A model generated the notes under the pieces. The model was given only the letters and a program-made list of their open reading frames with translations, ran no database searches and was not told where the DNA came from. The position numbers and the translations under genes were made by a program. From the human T2T-CHM13v2.0 reference genome, Homo sapiens, in assembly GCF_009914755.1 (NCBI RefSeq), contig NC_060925.1: a stretch of DNA of 64,000 nucleotides; one strand, written 5' to 3'. Position 1 is the first letter of the stretch; every line of letters begins with the position of its first letter. Shown piece by piece: positions 28,834 to 42,349 of the stretch.

Positions 28834-30357
28834 AAGACATGATAAAAAAATTAGAACTAATGAACAAATCCAGTGAAGTTGCAGGATACAAAATCAGTAT
28901 ACAAAATTTAGTAGCATGTTTATATGCCAACAGCGAACAAACTAAAAAAAATCAAGAAAGTTTTCTGATTTACAGTAAGCACACATAAAATTAAATACCT
29001 ATGAATTAACTTAACCAAAGAAATGAGAGATCTCTATAATGAGAACTATAAAATACTGATGAAAGAAATTGAAGGGACACCAAAACATGGAAAAATATTC
29101 CATGGTCATGGATCGAAAGAATCAATATTTTTAAAATCTCCATAATACTGAAAGTAATCTACAGATTTAATGCAACCTTTATCAAAATACCAATGATATT
29201 CTTTACAGAAATAGAAAATAATTCTAAAATTTATATGGACCCATTAAAGATTCATAATAGTCAAAGCCATCCTAAGCAAAAAGAACAAAACTGGAGGAAT
29301 CGCATTACCTGAATTCAAATTACACTACATAGGTATAGTAACCAAAACAGTATAATACTGGCATAAAACAGACACATAACCCAGTGGAACAGAATGGAGA
29401 ATGCAGAAACAAATCCAGACACCTATAGTGAACTTATTTTCAACAAGGTGTCAAGAACATACATCACAGAAAATACAGTCTCTTCAACAAATGGTGCTGG
29501 GGAAACTAGATATCCATATGCAGAAGAAGAAAACTAGATGCCTATGCCTTGCCATTTAAAAACTCAAATAAAAACGATTCAAATCTTAAATCTAAGACCA
29601 AAAGCTATGAAACCATCACAAGAAATCCTTGGGGGAGATCTCCAGCATATAGGTCTGGGCCAAAATTTCTCAAACCATACCCCAGAAGCACAGGCAAACA
29701 GAGCAAAAATGGACAAATAGGATCACATCAAGTTAAAAAGCTTCTACACAGAAAGGGATAAAATCAACAAAGTGAAGAGACAACCAACAGAATGGAAGAA
29801 AATATTTTCAAGCTACACATCTGACAAGGGATTAATACCTGGAATACAAATGGAGCTCACACAACTCTATACGAAAAAATCTAATAATCCAATTTAAACA
29901 TGGATAAATGATTTGAATAGACATTTCTCAATGGAAGACATACAGTTGGCCAACAGGCTTATGAAAAAGTGCTTAACATCACTGATCATCAGAGAAATGC
30001 AAAACAAAATTATACTGGGATATTATTTCACCTCAGTTCAAATGGCTTATATCCAAAAGACAGACAATAAAAAATACTTGTGAGGATGTAGAGAAAAGGG
30101 AACCTTTGTACACTATTGGTGGAAATGTAAATTAGTACAACCACTACAGAGAACAGTTTGGAGGTTCCTCAATAAACTAAAAATTGTGCTATCATGTGAT
30201 TCAGCAATCCCACTTCTAGGTATATACTTGCAAAAAGCAAATAGTTACATTGAAGAGCTATCTGTGCTCCTATGTTGATTGCAACACTGTTTACAATAGC
30301 TAAGTTGGAAGCAACCTACGTGTCTATTAACAGAGGAATGGATAAAAAATATGTGTT

Positions 30358-30572
30358 GCATTGGGAGGTCAAGGCAGGCAAATCGCTTGAGCCCAGGAGT
30401 TCAAGACCAGCCTGAGCGACACAGTGAGACTTCATCTCCACAAAAAATAAAAATATGAGTCAGGAGGATTGCTTGGGCCCAGAAGCTTGAGACTGCAATG
30501 AGCTGTGATTGCACCACTGCACTTCCACCTGGGTGATGATAGTGAGACTCCGTCTGGGAAAAAAAAAAAAAA
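30358..30572 (+). mobile_element. AluJ, 5'-truncated with internal deletion
   Basis: cgcttgagcccaggagttcaagacc; right arm starts at gagtcaggaggattgc; A-tail. Confidence 0.85.
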
Positions 30573-31253
30573 GCGGTACATATCCACAATGGAATACTAT
30601 TCATCCACAAAAAAGAATAAGATCTTGTCATTTGTAACAATACAGATGGAACTAGAGATCATTATATTAAGTGGAATAAGCCAGGCACAGAAAGACAATC
30701 ATTGGATCTTCTCACATATTTATGTGATCTAAAAATAGAAAAAAATTCAATTTGTGGACATAGAGAGTAGAAGGATGATTACCAGAAGCTGAGAAGGGTA
30801 GTGGGGGAATGGGAGAGAGGTGAGGATGGTTTATGGGTACAAAATATAATAGTTAGAAAGAAAAAATAAGACCTACTATTAGATAGTATAGTAGAGTAAC
30901 TATAGTCAATGTTAACTTAGCTGCACATTTTTAAATACAGAATATAATTGGATTGTTTGTAACTCAAAGGATAAATGCTTGAGGGCTTGGACACCTCATT
31001 CTCCATGATGTGCTTATTTCACATTGCATGCCTGTTTCAAAACATCTCATGTACCCCATAAATATATTCACCTACTATTTACCCACAAACATTAAAAATT
31101 TTAAAAAATGTGTATTTAATGAGAATAATGAAAAAAGAAAGAGAGAAAGGAACATAAGAAATATTAGAAAAAATAATAACTGAGAATTTTCTCAAGTTAA
31201 TGACAGGCACCAAACTGCAGGTCTGGGAAGCTCAAAGGATACCAAGCAGGATA

Positions 31254-31256
<3 letters not shown>

Positions 31257-31286
<30 letters not shown>
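31257..31286. repeat. (AC)15 microsatellite
   Basis: Seen directly. Confidence 0.95.
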
Positions 31287-31288
<2 letters not shown>

Positions 31289-34200
31289 CACTCACAGACA
31301 CACACACAAAGCAAAACAAACAAAAAACTACACATAGACATGTCATTTACAAATACAGAAAATCAAAGGTTAAAAACAAATATTGTTTGAAGTCAGAGAA
31401 ATAAAACACCTTAACTATAGAGAAATAAAGATAGGAATTACATCCTGCTTCTCCTCAGAAAGCATACAGGCAAGAAGAAGGTAGTATAAAATGTTTTCAA
31501 AGAAAGAAAAAAAACACATACCAACCTAGAATTCTGTGCCCTGAAAAGTTATTCTTCAAAACTAAAGGAGAAACTTTCTCAGACAAACAAAAATTGAGGG
31601 AATTTTAGAACTGTCTTGCAAGAAATATTTAAAAAATGCTTTAAAGAGAAGGAAAATAATATAGGTCAGAAATTCAAATCTTCATAAAGAAGGAATGAGC
31701 ATTAAAAAAGAATAAGTAAACATCAAATAAGAACTTTTATTGGTCTTACTCTTAGCTTATCTAACAGATAACAATCTGTTCAAAATAATCATAGCAACAA
31801 TGCATTGGATTATGTATTTTATATATAATAAAAATGAATGAAAACAATGATAAAGGGGATTGACAGAAGGAATTAGGATCATTTTGTTATTATAACATAC
31901 AGTACCCATGAAGCAGTATAGTGCTATTTAAAAGTGAACTTGGAGTAGTTGTAAAAGGATATTGTAAACTTTAAGGCAACCACTAAAAAAAAAAGTTAAA
32001 AAAAAGAAGTGTATGTGATAATGTAAAGAAAGGAAATGGCATCATGTAAAATGTTCAGTTAAAACCACATGAAGAAAAATAGCTTAAGACAAAAATATGA
32101 TCCAAGATTAAAGACAAGCAAAAGCAGTTACAAATACGGTAGACACTAATCTAACATTATCAGTAACCACTTTGAATGTCAATAGTGTAAACTCATCAAT
32201 TAAAAGACCCAAATTGTCAGCATTAATAAAAAAATAAGATTCAACGGTATGTGGTCTACAAGAAACCCACCTTAAATATAAAGACACATGTAGATTTAAA
32301 GTAAATGAATGAAGAAAAATATAACATATTAGCACCTTAAAAGAAATCAGAAATAGCTATATTTATTTCAGACAGAGCAGACTCCACATCAAGAATAGTT
32401 ACCAGGGATAAGGAACGGTATTATACAATGACAAAGGCATCATTCCTCCAAGATGACATAATAATTCTTAACATATATGTGCCTAACAACAGAGCATCAA
32501 TCTACATAGGATAAAAATATTTAGAACTGCACGGAGAAACAGATCAATCAACTATTATAATTGTAGACTTCAAAACCCCTATATCAAAAATGAACAGATC
32601 TATCAGGCAGTAAATCTGTAAGGACAGAGTTGAACTCAATCATGATATGAAACAACTGGATATAATTAAAATAGTCACACTACTTTAAGAACGACAGAAC
32701 ACACATTCTTCTCAAGCTTACATTAAAAATTCACTAAGATAGAACACATTCTGGGTTATCAAATATACCTTAACAAATTTAAAGTAATAGAAATCTTAGG
32801 ATGTTTGCTCTTACATGACAATGGAATTAAACTAGAAATCAATAATAGAAAAAGGACTAGAAAATCCAAAAATACCTGGAGATCAGACAACACACTTGTA
32901 ATTAAACAATATGTTGGTCAAAAAATAAATCTCTAGAGAATTAAAAAATATTTTGAACTAAACGAAAATGAAAACACAACATTGAAATTAACGTGATGCA
33001 GCAAAAGCAGTGCTTGGAGAAAAAAATATTAAATGCATATGTAAGAAAAGAAAAATTATTTAAAATCAATAATCTTATTTCCACCTTAGGAAATTAGAGA
33101 AATAAGAGCAAATTAAATCTAAAATAACCAGAAAGTAGAGAAATAAGAATTAAAGCAGGAATCAATGAAATTGAAAACAGATCAATGGAAAAATCGGCAA
33201 AATCAAAAACTAGTTATATGAGAAGATCAGTAAAGCCAGGCTAAATTAGAAAAACAGAGTTAGCACAAAATATACTAATATCGTAAATGAAAAAGGAAAC
33301 ATTACTACATTACTACGGAGAACACGGATATTAAAATAATAACAAAGGAATGTTATGAACAACAAATGCTCACAAATTTAATAACCTAGATGAAATTGAC
33401 CAATTTCTGGAAAAATACAGTTTGCCAAAACTCATATGGGAAGAAATAGACAATCTAAACAGGCCTATATCTATTAAAGAAAGTGAATCAATAATAAATA
33501 ATTTTTCAAAACAGAAAACACCTTGCACAGATAGGTTTACTAGTGAATTCTATGAATCATTTATGGAAGAAATTATGCCACCTCTCAGCAATATCTTTCA
33601 GAAGATAGAAGAAGTGGAAATAATTTATTATTCCCTCAGGTCAGCATTATTCTAATACCAAAAGCAGATGAAAATATTACTAGAAAAGAAAACTACAAAC
33701 TGATATCTCTCATGGAGGTACAGGCAAAAATTCTCAAAATATGTTAGATAAAATACAAAACAAAATGTCAAATCGAATCCAAAAATGTGTAAGGACACAT
33801 TTTTGTACACCACAATTAAGCACAATTTAGCAGGTATGCAATTAATTACACTAATCAAATACGGTACTTGAACAAATCAATAGGCTAAAAGAAAAAAAGT
33901 CACATGATAATATAATAGATACAGAAAAGGCATTTGACAAAATCAAGTACTCATTCTTGATAAAAATACTCGGCTAACTAGAAATAGAGGGGAACTTGCT
34001 CAACTTGATAGAGAATGGTTTGAGAAAATTGAAGCTTTTTCACTAAGATCAGGAACAAAACAAGGAAGTTCTCTCTCCCCATTCCTTTTCAACATCATAC
34101 TGAAAGTTCTAGCTAATACAATGAGACAAGAAAAGGAAATAAAAGTATATAAATGGCGGGGTAACAAATTAAACAATCACATGTTCACAGATGTCATGAT

Positions 34201-35159
34201 CGACTAATAAACAATTATAGCAGGATTGCAGGATACATGGTTAAATATGCAAGAGTCAATCAATGTCTGACATACCTGCAATGAACAAGTAGAATTGTAC
34301 ATTTAAAGCATAGTGACATTTATGCTCCCCCAAAATGAAATACTTAAGTACAAATCAAATAAAATATGTTTAATATGGGAAAAATACAAAACTGATAAAA
34401 GAAATTTTAAAAGAACCAAATAAATGAAGAGATATTCCATGTTCACGGATAAGAAAATTCAATATTGTCAAGATGTCAGTTATTTCCAAACTGATATATA
34501 CATTTAATACAATCCCAAACAAAATTCCACTAAGTTATTTTGTGGAGACTGACAAATTTATTCTGAAGATTATATTGAGAGGCAAAACACCTAGAGCAGC
34601 CAACACAACACCTAGAGAACAAAGTTGGAGAACTGACAATACCTGACATCATGAATTACTATAAAGGTAAAACAGACTAAGAGATCCTTGTAACAAAAAA
34701 AGAGTGCCCAGAAATAGACCCACCTAAGCTGATAAAGATCGACTGATCTTTGACAAATGAACAAAGGCAATACAGTGAAAAGAAGATAATCTTTTATGCA
34801 AACTGCTGGAATAACTGGACAGCCACATACAAAATAATTAATAAAGACCCAGGACTTATACCCTTCATTAAAACTAACTCAAAATGGATCATAAGTATTA
34901 AGATAAATTATAAAACTGTAAGACTCTTAGATGATAACATGGAGGAAAACCTAGATCACCTTGTATACGGCAATGATTTCTTAGATACAGTACCAAAGGC
35001 ACAATTTGTAAATAAACAATTCATACATTAAATTTCGTTAAAATTAAAAACTTCTTCTCTGCAAAAGACAATGCTAAGAGAATAAGACAAACCATATACT
35101 GAGAGAAAATATTTGCAAAAGACACATCTCATAAAGGACTGTTATCCAAAATATATTTT

Positions 35160-36083
35160 AAGACCACATAAAAATGATGACATAGAAGGCATATATTTCT
35201 TCATCCCACAAGAGAAAACAAAGATAATCAGAAACTTCTGGTGAAAAAAAGTAAAACTGTACAGAAAAAGCATCCTCCAAGTACCAGAGATAAAATGCTG
35301 CAGGATTTTGAACAAATGATGAGCTTCTAAGAAAATGGGCTCATTTCAATGCTCCTGTGACAGCACGTGGATCAAGACCTTGGAGCCAAAGGAAAGGAAG
35401 TTCATCATAGCACCAAGCTTGGCTATTCAGTGAATACGATTCAATTAATCACAGTAATACAAATACTATTTATGGTTTTTATTGTTTAAGGGCACACTTA
35501 ATTATGGTTACAAAGTAGAATGCACATATTATTTACCATGTTTTAAAAATACAGCTGAAAACACAAGTGGGAATGCTGACAGGGAGGCGAAGGTAAATGA
35601 AACAGTTGTAATGTCCTTATTAAGTAGAAAATTGAAAGATATGTTCTGGTCCTGAGGCAAAAAAAGACATTTTATTACAATATAGCCAGACCATTTCTAA
35701 AATCATAATACAACTGTATTAAAAAGGGAGAGTGGTACGGGAGAACAGTATGAAGTCAACAGGAAATGCCTAGAGATGGAGAGTTCAGGTGGGCAGTTTT
35801 AAAAAATAAAGTGATAGAATACCTGATGTATTTGAATATAGACTAAAGAGTTTTAATTTTTCAGAGAGTGTGGAGAAAATTAGTAATCTGCATATTTTTC
35901 AAAATTAAGAAAATAAAACTGAGGTAATTATGAATCCCAGGAATAATAAAAATCCAAAAACTACTTTGTATACCTCAACTGTGAGCAATACCAGTCAGGT
36001 AGTCAGTCATAATTATGTAAATACTGAATACTAATTTAACAATAAATGATTCTATAACATTGGAAGGATGGGAGAGAAGGGAG

Positions 36084-36128
<45 letters not shown>

Positions 36129-36370
36129 ATGGTGGAAATCAAGATCTAATATTGGAAAAGCCCAAAAAAGCAGTATAATTTTTTTAAGAAAAAAACTACA
36201 ATAAGAACTGCTAAGAGTTAAAGGTAGTTGTCTCTGGGGGAAATAAAATCAGGGGCAGGCAGAGAAACACCAAAGGCTTGTGGTTTTTCGCTACCAATCC
36301 AACAGTATAATTTGGTTTCTTTTAAACTATGTATATGCTTTTATTTGATTAAAAGTTAAAATAAAAATCT
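35160..36370 (+). mobile_element. HAL1-like segment inserted in L1MC1 ORF2
   Basis: 3' end gagttaaaggtagttgtctctgggg...ttttaaactatgtatatgc...ttgattaaaagttaaaataaaa resembles the HAL1 tail; identity of the 5' part is uncertain. Confidence 0.5.
36085..36126. repeat. (TG)21 microsatellite
   Basis: Seen directly. Confidence 0.95.
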
Positions 36371-37354
36371 ACATATAAAAGATATACTGATGGCAAATGA
36401 ATATATGAAAAGATTCTCCAAGTCATAGACATGTAAATTAAACCAACAAAGAGATACCACTACACATATTTTAGAATGGTCAAAATCCTTGAACATTGAA
36501 AACACCAAATGCTGGCAAAACTGGAGCCATAGCCACAGTAACTCTCAATAATTGCTGGTGAAAATGCAAAATGTTACAGCCACTTTGAAAGATAGCTGTG
36601 GTAGTTTATTATAAAATTCGGCATGTTCTTACTCTATGATTTAGCAAGTGCACTTCTTGTTACCTACCCAAAGGAGTTGAAAACTTATTTCCAAACAAAA
36701 GCTGCACATGATGTTTATAGCAACTTTATTCATAATTGCTAAAACTTGAAAACAACCAAAATGTTCTTCCAGGGGGTGAATAGATAAGTAAACAGTGGTA
36801 CATCTAGACAATGGAATATTATTTAGTGCTAAAAACAAATAGGGGGGTGAAGACAAAAAAAATAAAGACATGGAAGAATCTTAAATTCACATTACCAAGT
36901 GTAAGAAGCCAATCTGAAAAAACTACATATTTTACATACTTTATGATTCCAACTATATGACATTCTGGAAAAGGCAAAACTAAGGCGATAGTAAAAAAAA
37001 AAAAAGTGATTGCCAGTTATTGTTTGTTTTGTTAGTGTGTTGGGGGAATGGGTCACTAGAAAGGGCACAGAGAATTTTTAGAGCAGTTAAAATAATCTGT
37101 ATAATATATTACAATGGTGAATCCATGTCATTATGCATTTGTCCAAATCTATAGACTACCAGACCTAATATAAACTACAGACTTCAGGTGATTATGATTT
37201 GTCGATGTAGGTTCATCCGTTGTAACAAATGTACCACTGTGGTGATGAATATTGACGATGGGGGTGGCTCTGCATGTGTTAGGGAAGGGGGTATATGGAA
37301 AATCTCTGTACTTGCTCTCAATTTTTCTGTAAACCTAATATGGTATTTTTAAAA

Positions 37355-37435
37355 ATCCACATTCACGTCCCTACCTTCAGTTATTCTGTTTGAGTCAATC
37401 TAGAGTAAAACCCAGGAATCTGTCTTTGAAAAAGG
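37355..37435. mobile_element. MER5-like hAT fragment
   Basis: ccctaccttcagttattctgtttgagtcaatctagag...cccaggaatctgtcttt. Confidence 0.45.
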
Positions 37436-37448
37436 ACATACATAAAAG

Positions 37449-37598
37449 CAGGGGTGGGCAAACTACTGTCTGTAGGCCAAATCTGGCTTGTTGTCTGTTT
37501 TTGTACTGCTTTAAGATTAGTTTCATATTTAAGAAGATTTATTGATATGTAAATATTAAAATTTCAATGTCCATTAGTAAAGTTGTAGTGGAACACAC
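37449..37598 (+). mobile_element. MER58B-like hAT fragment
   Basis: caggggtgggcaaactac...ggccaaatctggc...aaatttcaatgtccattagtaaagttgtagtggaacac. Confidence 0.8.
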
Positions 37599-37604
37599 AA
37601 TATG

Positions 37605-37790
37605 TAATACCAAATAGAATTCAACAAAATAAATATTAGAATGATTCCCAATACCAAGTCAGGTTTTTTCAAAGGATGCAAGACTGATTGATTTGAAAAT
37701 CAATCAGAATAATTCACCACATTCTCAGGTTATTAAAAAAAAGTGGGAAGCATGATTATGTAACTGTTGCCAATATATTTGAAAACACGA
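37605..37790 (+). mobile_element. Old L1 ORF2 fragment (host of the nested stack, right half)
   Basis: caaatagaattcaacaa...ccaagtcaggttttttcaaaggatgcaagactg...aatcaatc continues ORF2 from 24376. Confidence 0.7.
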
Positions 37791-37819
37791 CTGAAAAGAA
37801 TACTTTAACATGCATCTAT

Positions 37820-37995
37820 TTCAGCTCTTCCAGAGTAAACAAGTGTTCTTTGTTCATCCTACTTGGTGTCACTTTCTTCTGCATTTTTGTGTATTTTGTT
37901 GGTGATTTCACTATTTAAAATTTTCCCCCACATTCCTCACCAAACTTAGTAGGAAAGTGCAATCCAATTTTCCTAGGCACAAAGAAAGCTGCAGT
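37820..37995 (+). mobile_element. MER82-like Tigger fragment
   Basis: ttcagctct...gtaaacaagtgt...gcatttttgtgtattttgttggtgatttcactatttaaaa. Confidence 0.7.
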
Positions 37996-38059
37996 TGTGA
38001 CAATGAGTACATTTTGGACATCATCCATTGCTAAAATCCATATTTATGATATCTATTAA

Positions 38060-38145
38060 TGAAACTTAGGCAAATAGAGTTTAAATAACTTGCTGAGATT
38101 GCACAGCTAGTAAGTGGTAGAGTTGAGACATAAACTGACTTTGCA
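38060..38145 (-). mobile_element. MIR fragment
   Basis: gaaacttaggc...aataacttgctgagattgcacagctagtaagtggtagag. Confidence 0.75.
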
Positions 38146-41100
38146 CCTTCAGTCAATATGCTGTTTGAAATGTTAAATAAAACCCACCAGGAGAGAAAAA
38201 CTGCCCTCTCAAATGATGTTATCTTGATAATTCTAAATATAATGAAAGAAAGCAAAAGCTAGAAGAGAAAAACATCTATCATTTTGCAATTCAAAATGTA
38301 TTCATTCTCACAATCATAAATTCATTTTTGAGGACAATGTATTACTTTTAGAAATAAGGATTAAATTCAAACATTTTTATGTTTTCAGAATTGTTAGATT
38401 AATTTTTACTTAAGCATAGTTGATTTTAAATAGATTTCACTTTAAGACTATCCAACTACAGAAATATTCTATTTTATTTAATGGTATTTACATTAGATGT
38501 TTTGCATGCATACTAAAAAATTTAAATTAGGGACATTAGTAAGATACATTATGATATTTAATTCAACTTCACTAATTTTGTTATGGCATCTTAAATTCAA
38601 CATAGTAAATGAAAATTCAACATGCTATATTCATTACTATAAATTATTTAAATACTTGCTGAGATATAAAATAATTTTATAAAAACAAAGTTATTCTGAA
38701 CATAAATCAAATTTGGATCCACATCTTAATTCAGTTCTCATAAAGCTCTACTAAGCAACTCTGAGAGTAAATGAACTACTGCACCAAGACAACATAAAAT
38801 TTATAAAATTATCTCATGTATTAAGAAGATAAAGCCTTACTTTGTTGCATTAAAATTATTTTGTGATTACATGGCCATAAGATAATATAGTATATTCTTC
38901 CCCAAGTACACTCACAAGAGACAAATAAGATATATTAAGTATATATAAATTTTTAGTTGCATAAAGTATTATTCCTTTATTAAAATTATGACCTTTTAGT
39001 TTCATTATCAATGAGTTCCACTTTCTTAATGAGTAATTTCTTCTCATTAGAAACTATATTTGATTTCTAAATATCTTAATCGGTAGGTTAGGCAAAATAT
39101 TAATAACACATGATCTATATTACATTTTACAATTTTCTGATTTATGAAAATGTTTAATATTTAAACATGCTAAATAATGCTAGGGACCTTTAGATTTTGA
39201 ATATATATATATCTCTACTTGTATAAAAATTCACCTTATTGATACTATAAAAGCCTTCTGAATTTTTAGGGCAAAACCATGCCAAGTTTTGATTGCCCTT
39301 TGAAAAACTGAAGACATTATACAAATTATTAATGTTTTCCTAAGTAGTTAGAAGAAAATCACATTTAATCCCATGTTCTTCTTACATTTCAAAAAATGTA
39401 ATACACTCGTATACCCAATCTACTCCACCTCCCCCTTGCTGCTGTTTTCCGCCAACAAATGACAAAGTTCTCTCCTCTCAGAAAATCAGAGGAGTTCTAG
39501 GTTATTCCCAGAGTGAAAGATTTTTGTGTTCCTGTGAAAGGGAGGGCTGTAATGTGTAACGGTTGAGTAAAGAAAGCCTATGAATAGCTTAGGAAAATCA
39601 ATTTCTCTTGAGAGTGAGGCATGTTAGGTTTCACCTAAAACTCGCATTTCTAAGCTATGGAGAGTGACAATTAATTATGAAAGTGCCTACATGTATAGAC
39701 TACTAAGTCCACAGTAGCCAATGATCATCTGGAGTGCCTGCTATTCAGGAGCAGATTTTTTGTTTTGATGGGAAAAGCTTGAGGTGAATCAACATACTGG
39801 AACATCCTATAGGAATACCAAAGTGCAAATCCAAATTTTCTTTCCTTATGAAATAAGTATACTAACCGTTAAAAAAAAAATCATTATTAGATCATGCATC
39901 TAAACAGGAAAAAACTGCCTCACAGGCTGCACTTCTGAAATGTATGGGGACATTGTTGATCATGTCACTTGGATTTAGTTGTTTTAGGACAGGAATGCTA
40001 GAAAATGTGCAAGATAGGAAAACTCCTCCTAAATCAACGGCTTACATTACGTCCCACATGAGAGTTAAATCTTTGCCAAACATTCAAAACATCTGCCAGA
40101 CCTGCTTAGCCGAACTCCATTTTACATATTAATATAAGACATTTTGGCACAGTTTTACTAAACACTGAATTTTCCAAGACTGTAGCCACTATGTAAATTG
40201 GGGACAGATTGTACTATTTACTACAGGAGTGCATGGTGGGAACCCATTACATATTTGTACAAATGATTGAATAAGATACAAGGAAAATAAACTAGAGCAG
40301 TGAGGTTCCCTGGCAACAGGCTAAATATCATACATCAGTAAGATCTCAATCTGTTCATAATCTGTTAAACAACATGTGTACATTATCATGCTAATTTTTA
40401 TCCCACTCTGGAAATGGAGTGGCTTAAGAGTTGGCATATTCCTTATTCAACTTTGGGTTCCCAGAACTTGTCATATTTATGATAGCATGGAAAACAACAT
40501 TGAAAAAAGAAGAAACAGGAAGGACAGATTAAAATCTAGACTTTTCTGCTTATGCTATGCAAACATGCAACTGTACACATTAGGCTGTTTATTCACAACT
40601 TACCCAAAATATCCATACATTTTGTTTTTGTATTATTTAGAATTATAAAACTACTGAAAATTTTATCCCTGCAGTAGTGTCATTCTCAAATTATATTTTA
40701 CTTACACACACAAAAAAAAAATTTAAAAAAAGAGGAGAGTATTAATTGTAGCTAAAATACTATCAGTTAGGCCACATTATTGAGTGTCTGGCCATTTTAA
40801 CTTCTCTGGGAAGTGGCTGACATCCCTTCACACATGCATGTGTGTATATTGATATTCCTCTTTTGCACTCTCTCTGCCTGACCTTAAGTAACATAAACAG
40901 AAATCATGGAGAGCGGCAGAGGAAGCCCAGTGGAGCAATGCAAGTGTATAGACAATAACCCCTCTTTCCCAGAGCTGGTTCCCATGCTGCTTGTCAGGCC
41001 TGAGATAAGAAGAGGGATGGAGTATAAACTTTAATTTAGATTTTAGTTTAAAATTTAATTTATACTAGATTTTTTATAAACACCTAGAAGTTGATCAAAT

Positions 41101-42159
41101 GACCTTCCTCAAGTTAACCTACCATAGAATATGACATTTTCTCCATATCAATCCTTCATATCAATGTCTTCTCTTTTTTTGACTAATCAATATAAAGAAT
41201 ATGACTTTTATTAGTCAAACATTTCAAACAAATATGGAATATGTTTAGATGTTTTGAGCCCTCAGTACACAGAAACTAATAACATGATGCATTGAAAAAA
41301 AGTGCTTGTCCATTGCAGCCCTTCCCCTTGATATAAACAAACATAATTGTTATCAGGTAGATCATTATGAATTTGCTATTGTATTGTGACATAAAACTGC
41401 TCATATATTTTATTAAGAAAGGATTTGATTTGAACCTCACATTAAGGTTTTTCACAACATAAATATGCTTAAGGAATTTATAATTTGGATATATAACACT
41501 TAAGGAATAAACAAATAAGTAAATAATAAACAACAGTAATTTCAAGTCCCCTCAATAATTAAAACATAAATTCAAATTTATAATTTAAGGGTTCTTTTGC
41601 TTTACACTTTTATTCATGTAATGATTACATGAGAATAGGAGTACATGTCTTAAACAGGATTTTTTTTTTATCATGAAGCTTCACTTTTACTCTGGTAAAA
41701 AACAAGCAGGTGTTATGCATTTTGAGTCAACCACAGAAGTGGTTACTGCAGGTTAACCAGTGGACCTTTGATTAATATGACAAGAATAATGTACCCAGAC
41801 AAGCTGGTTGAAATTCATTGACTACTAGAACCCAGAATTTTCTTACTTGAAAATTCTAATCTGCTTCTTCCCTCACAAACAATAACAACAATAAACTCTG
41901 TTCATGGACAATTGTGCTCATGGTTTTCTTGTTCTTTTTTTTTTTTTTTTTTCTAAACTTCATAGTAAAGGTTTTGGTCTGATATCTTACACATTGTGAC
42001 AAATGATAATGATCTGGTAAACTTATTGCAATCCATTGGATCTTTTTCTTTTTAAATCACAGGGATAGTACCATCAGCACCTTGTTATCAGGGCAGCATC
42101 TTATACATCTGCAATATTTTAGTTGGTGCAAAGCTCTAAAGAAAGCATAGATTGTTTAC

Positions 42160-42349
42160 CCTGAAATATATACATACATATAGTTTTGATGAGAGACATT
42201 CTATCAACACAAACACAGGTCCATTCTAAAATCATCTCAGGAAGTATAAGTAAAGAGTTTAAAAAAACTGCCCTGAACCCTCCATGTGGCCAAGCACCAG
42301 GTTGTAGGGCCTTGAGAATGTGGACAACAGTGTCACCTGTTTCAATGAC
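42160..42349 (-). other. Candidate 190-nt exon (probably non-coding)
   Basis: Minus-strand acceptor (long T run)ACTTCAG|GTC and donor AGG|GTAAAC; no transcript evidence. Confidence 0.25.

Larger units (their letters stand above)
25700..31108 (+). mobile_element. L1MA1/L1MA2 with intact ends and an internal deletion of ORF1/EN
   Basis: 5' end gggaggcagagaaagatggc...aacaactatctacac...gtacctggttttaacttcata; jumps to ORF2 at ~27525; 3' UTR ggataaatgcttgaggg...catctcatgtaccccataaatat; degenerate TSD aaaggtgtaatt / aaatgtgtattt. Confidence 0.85.
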
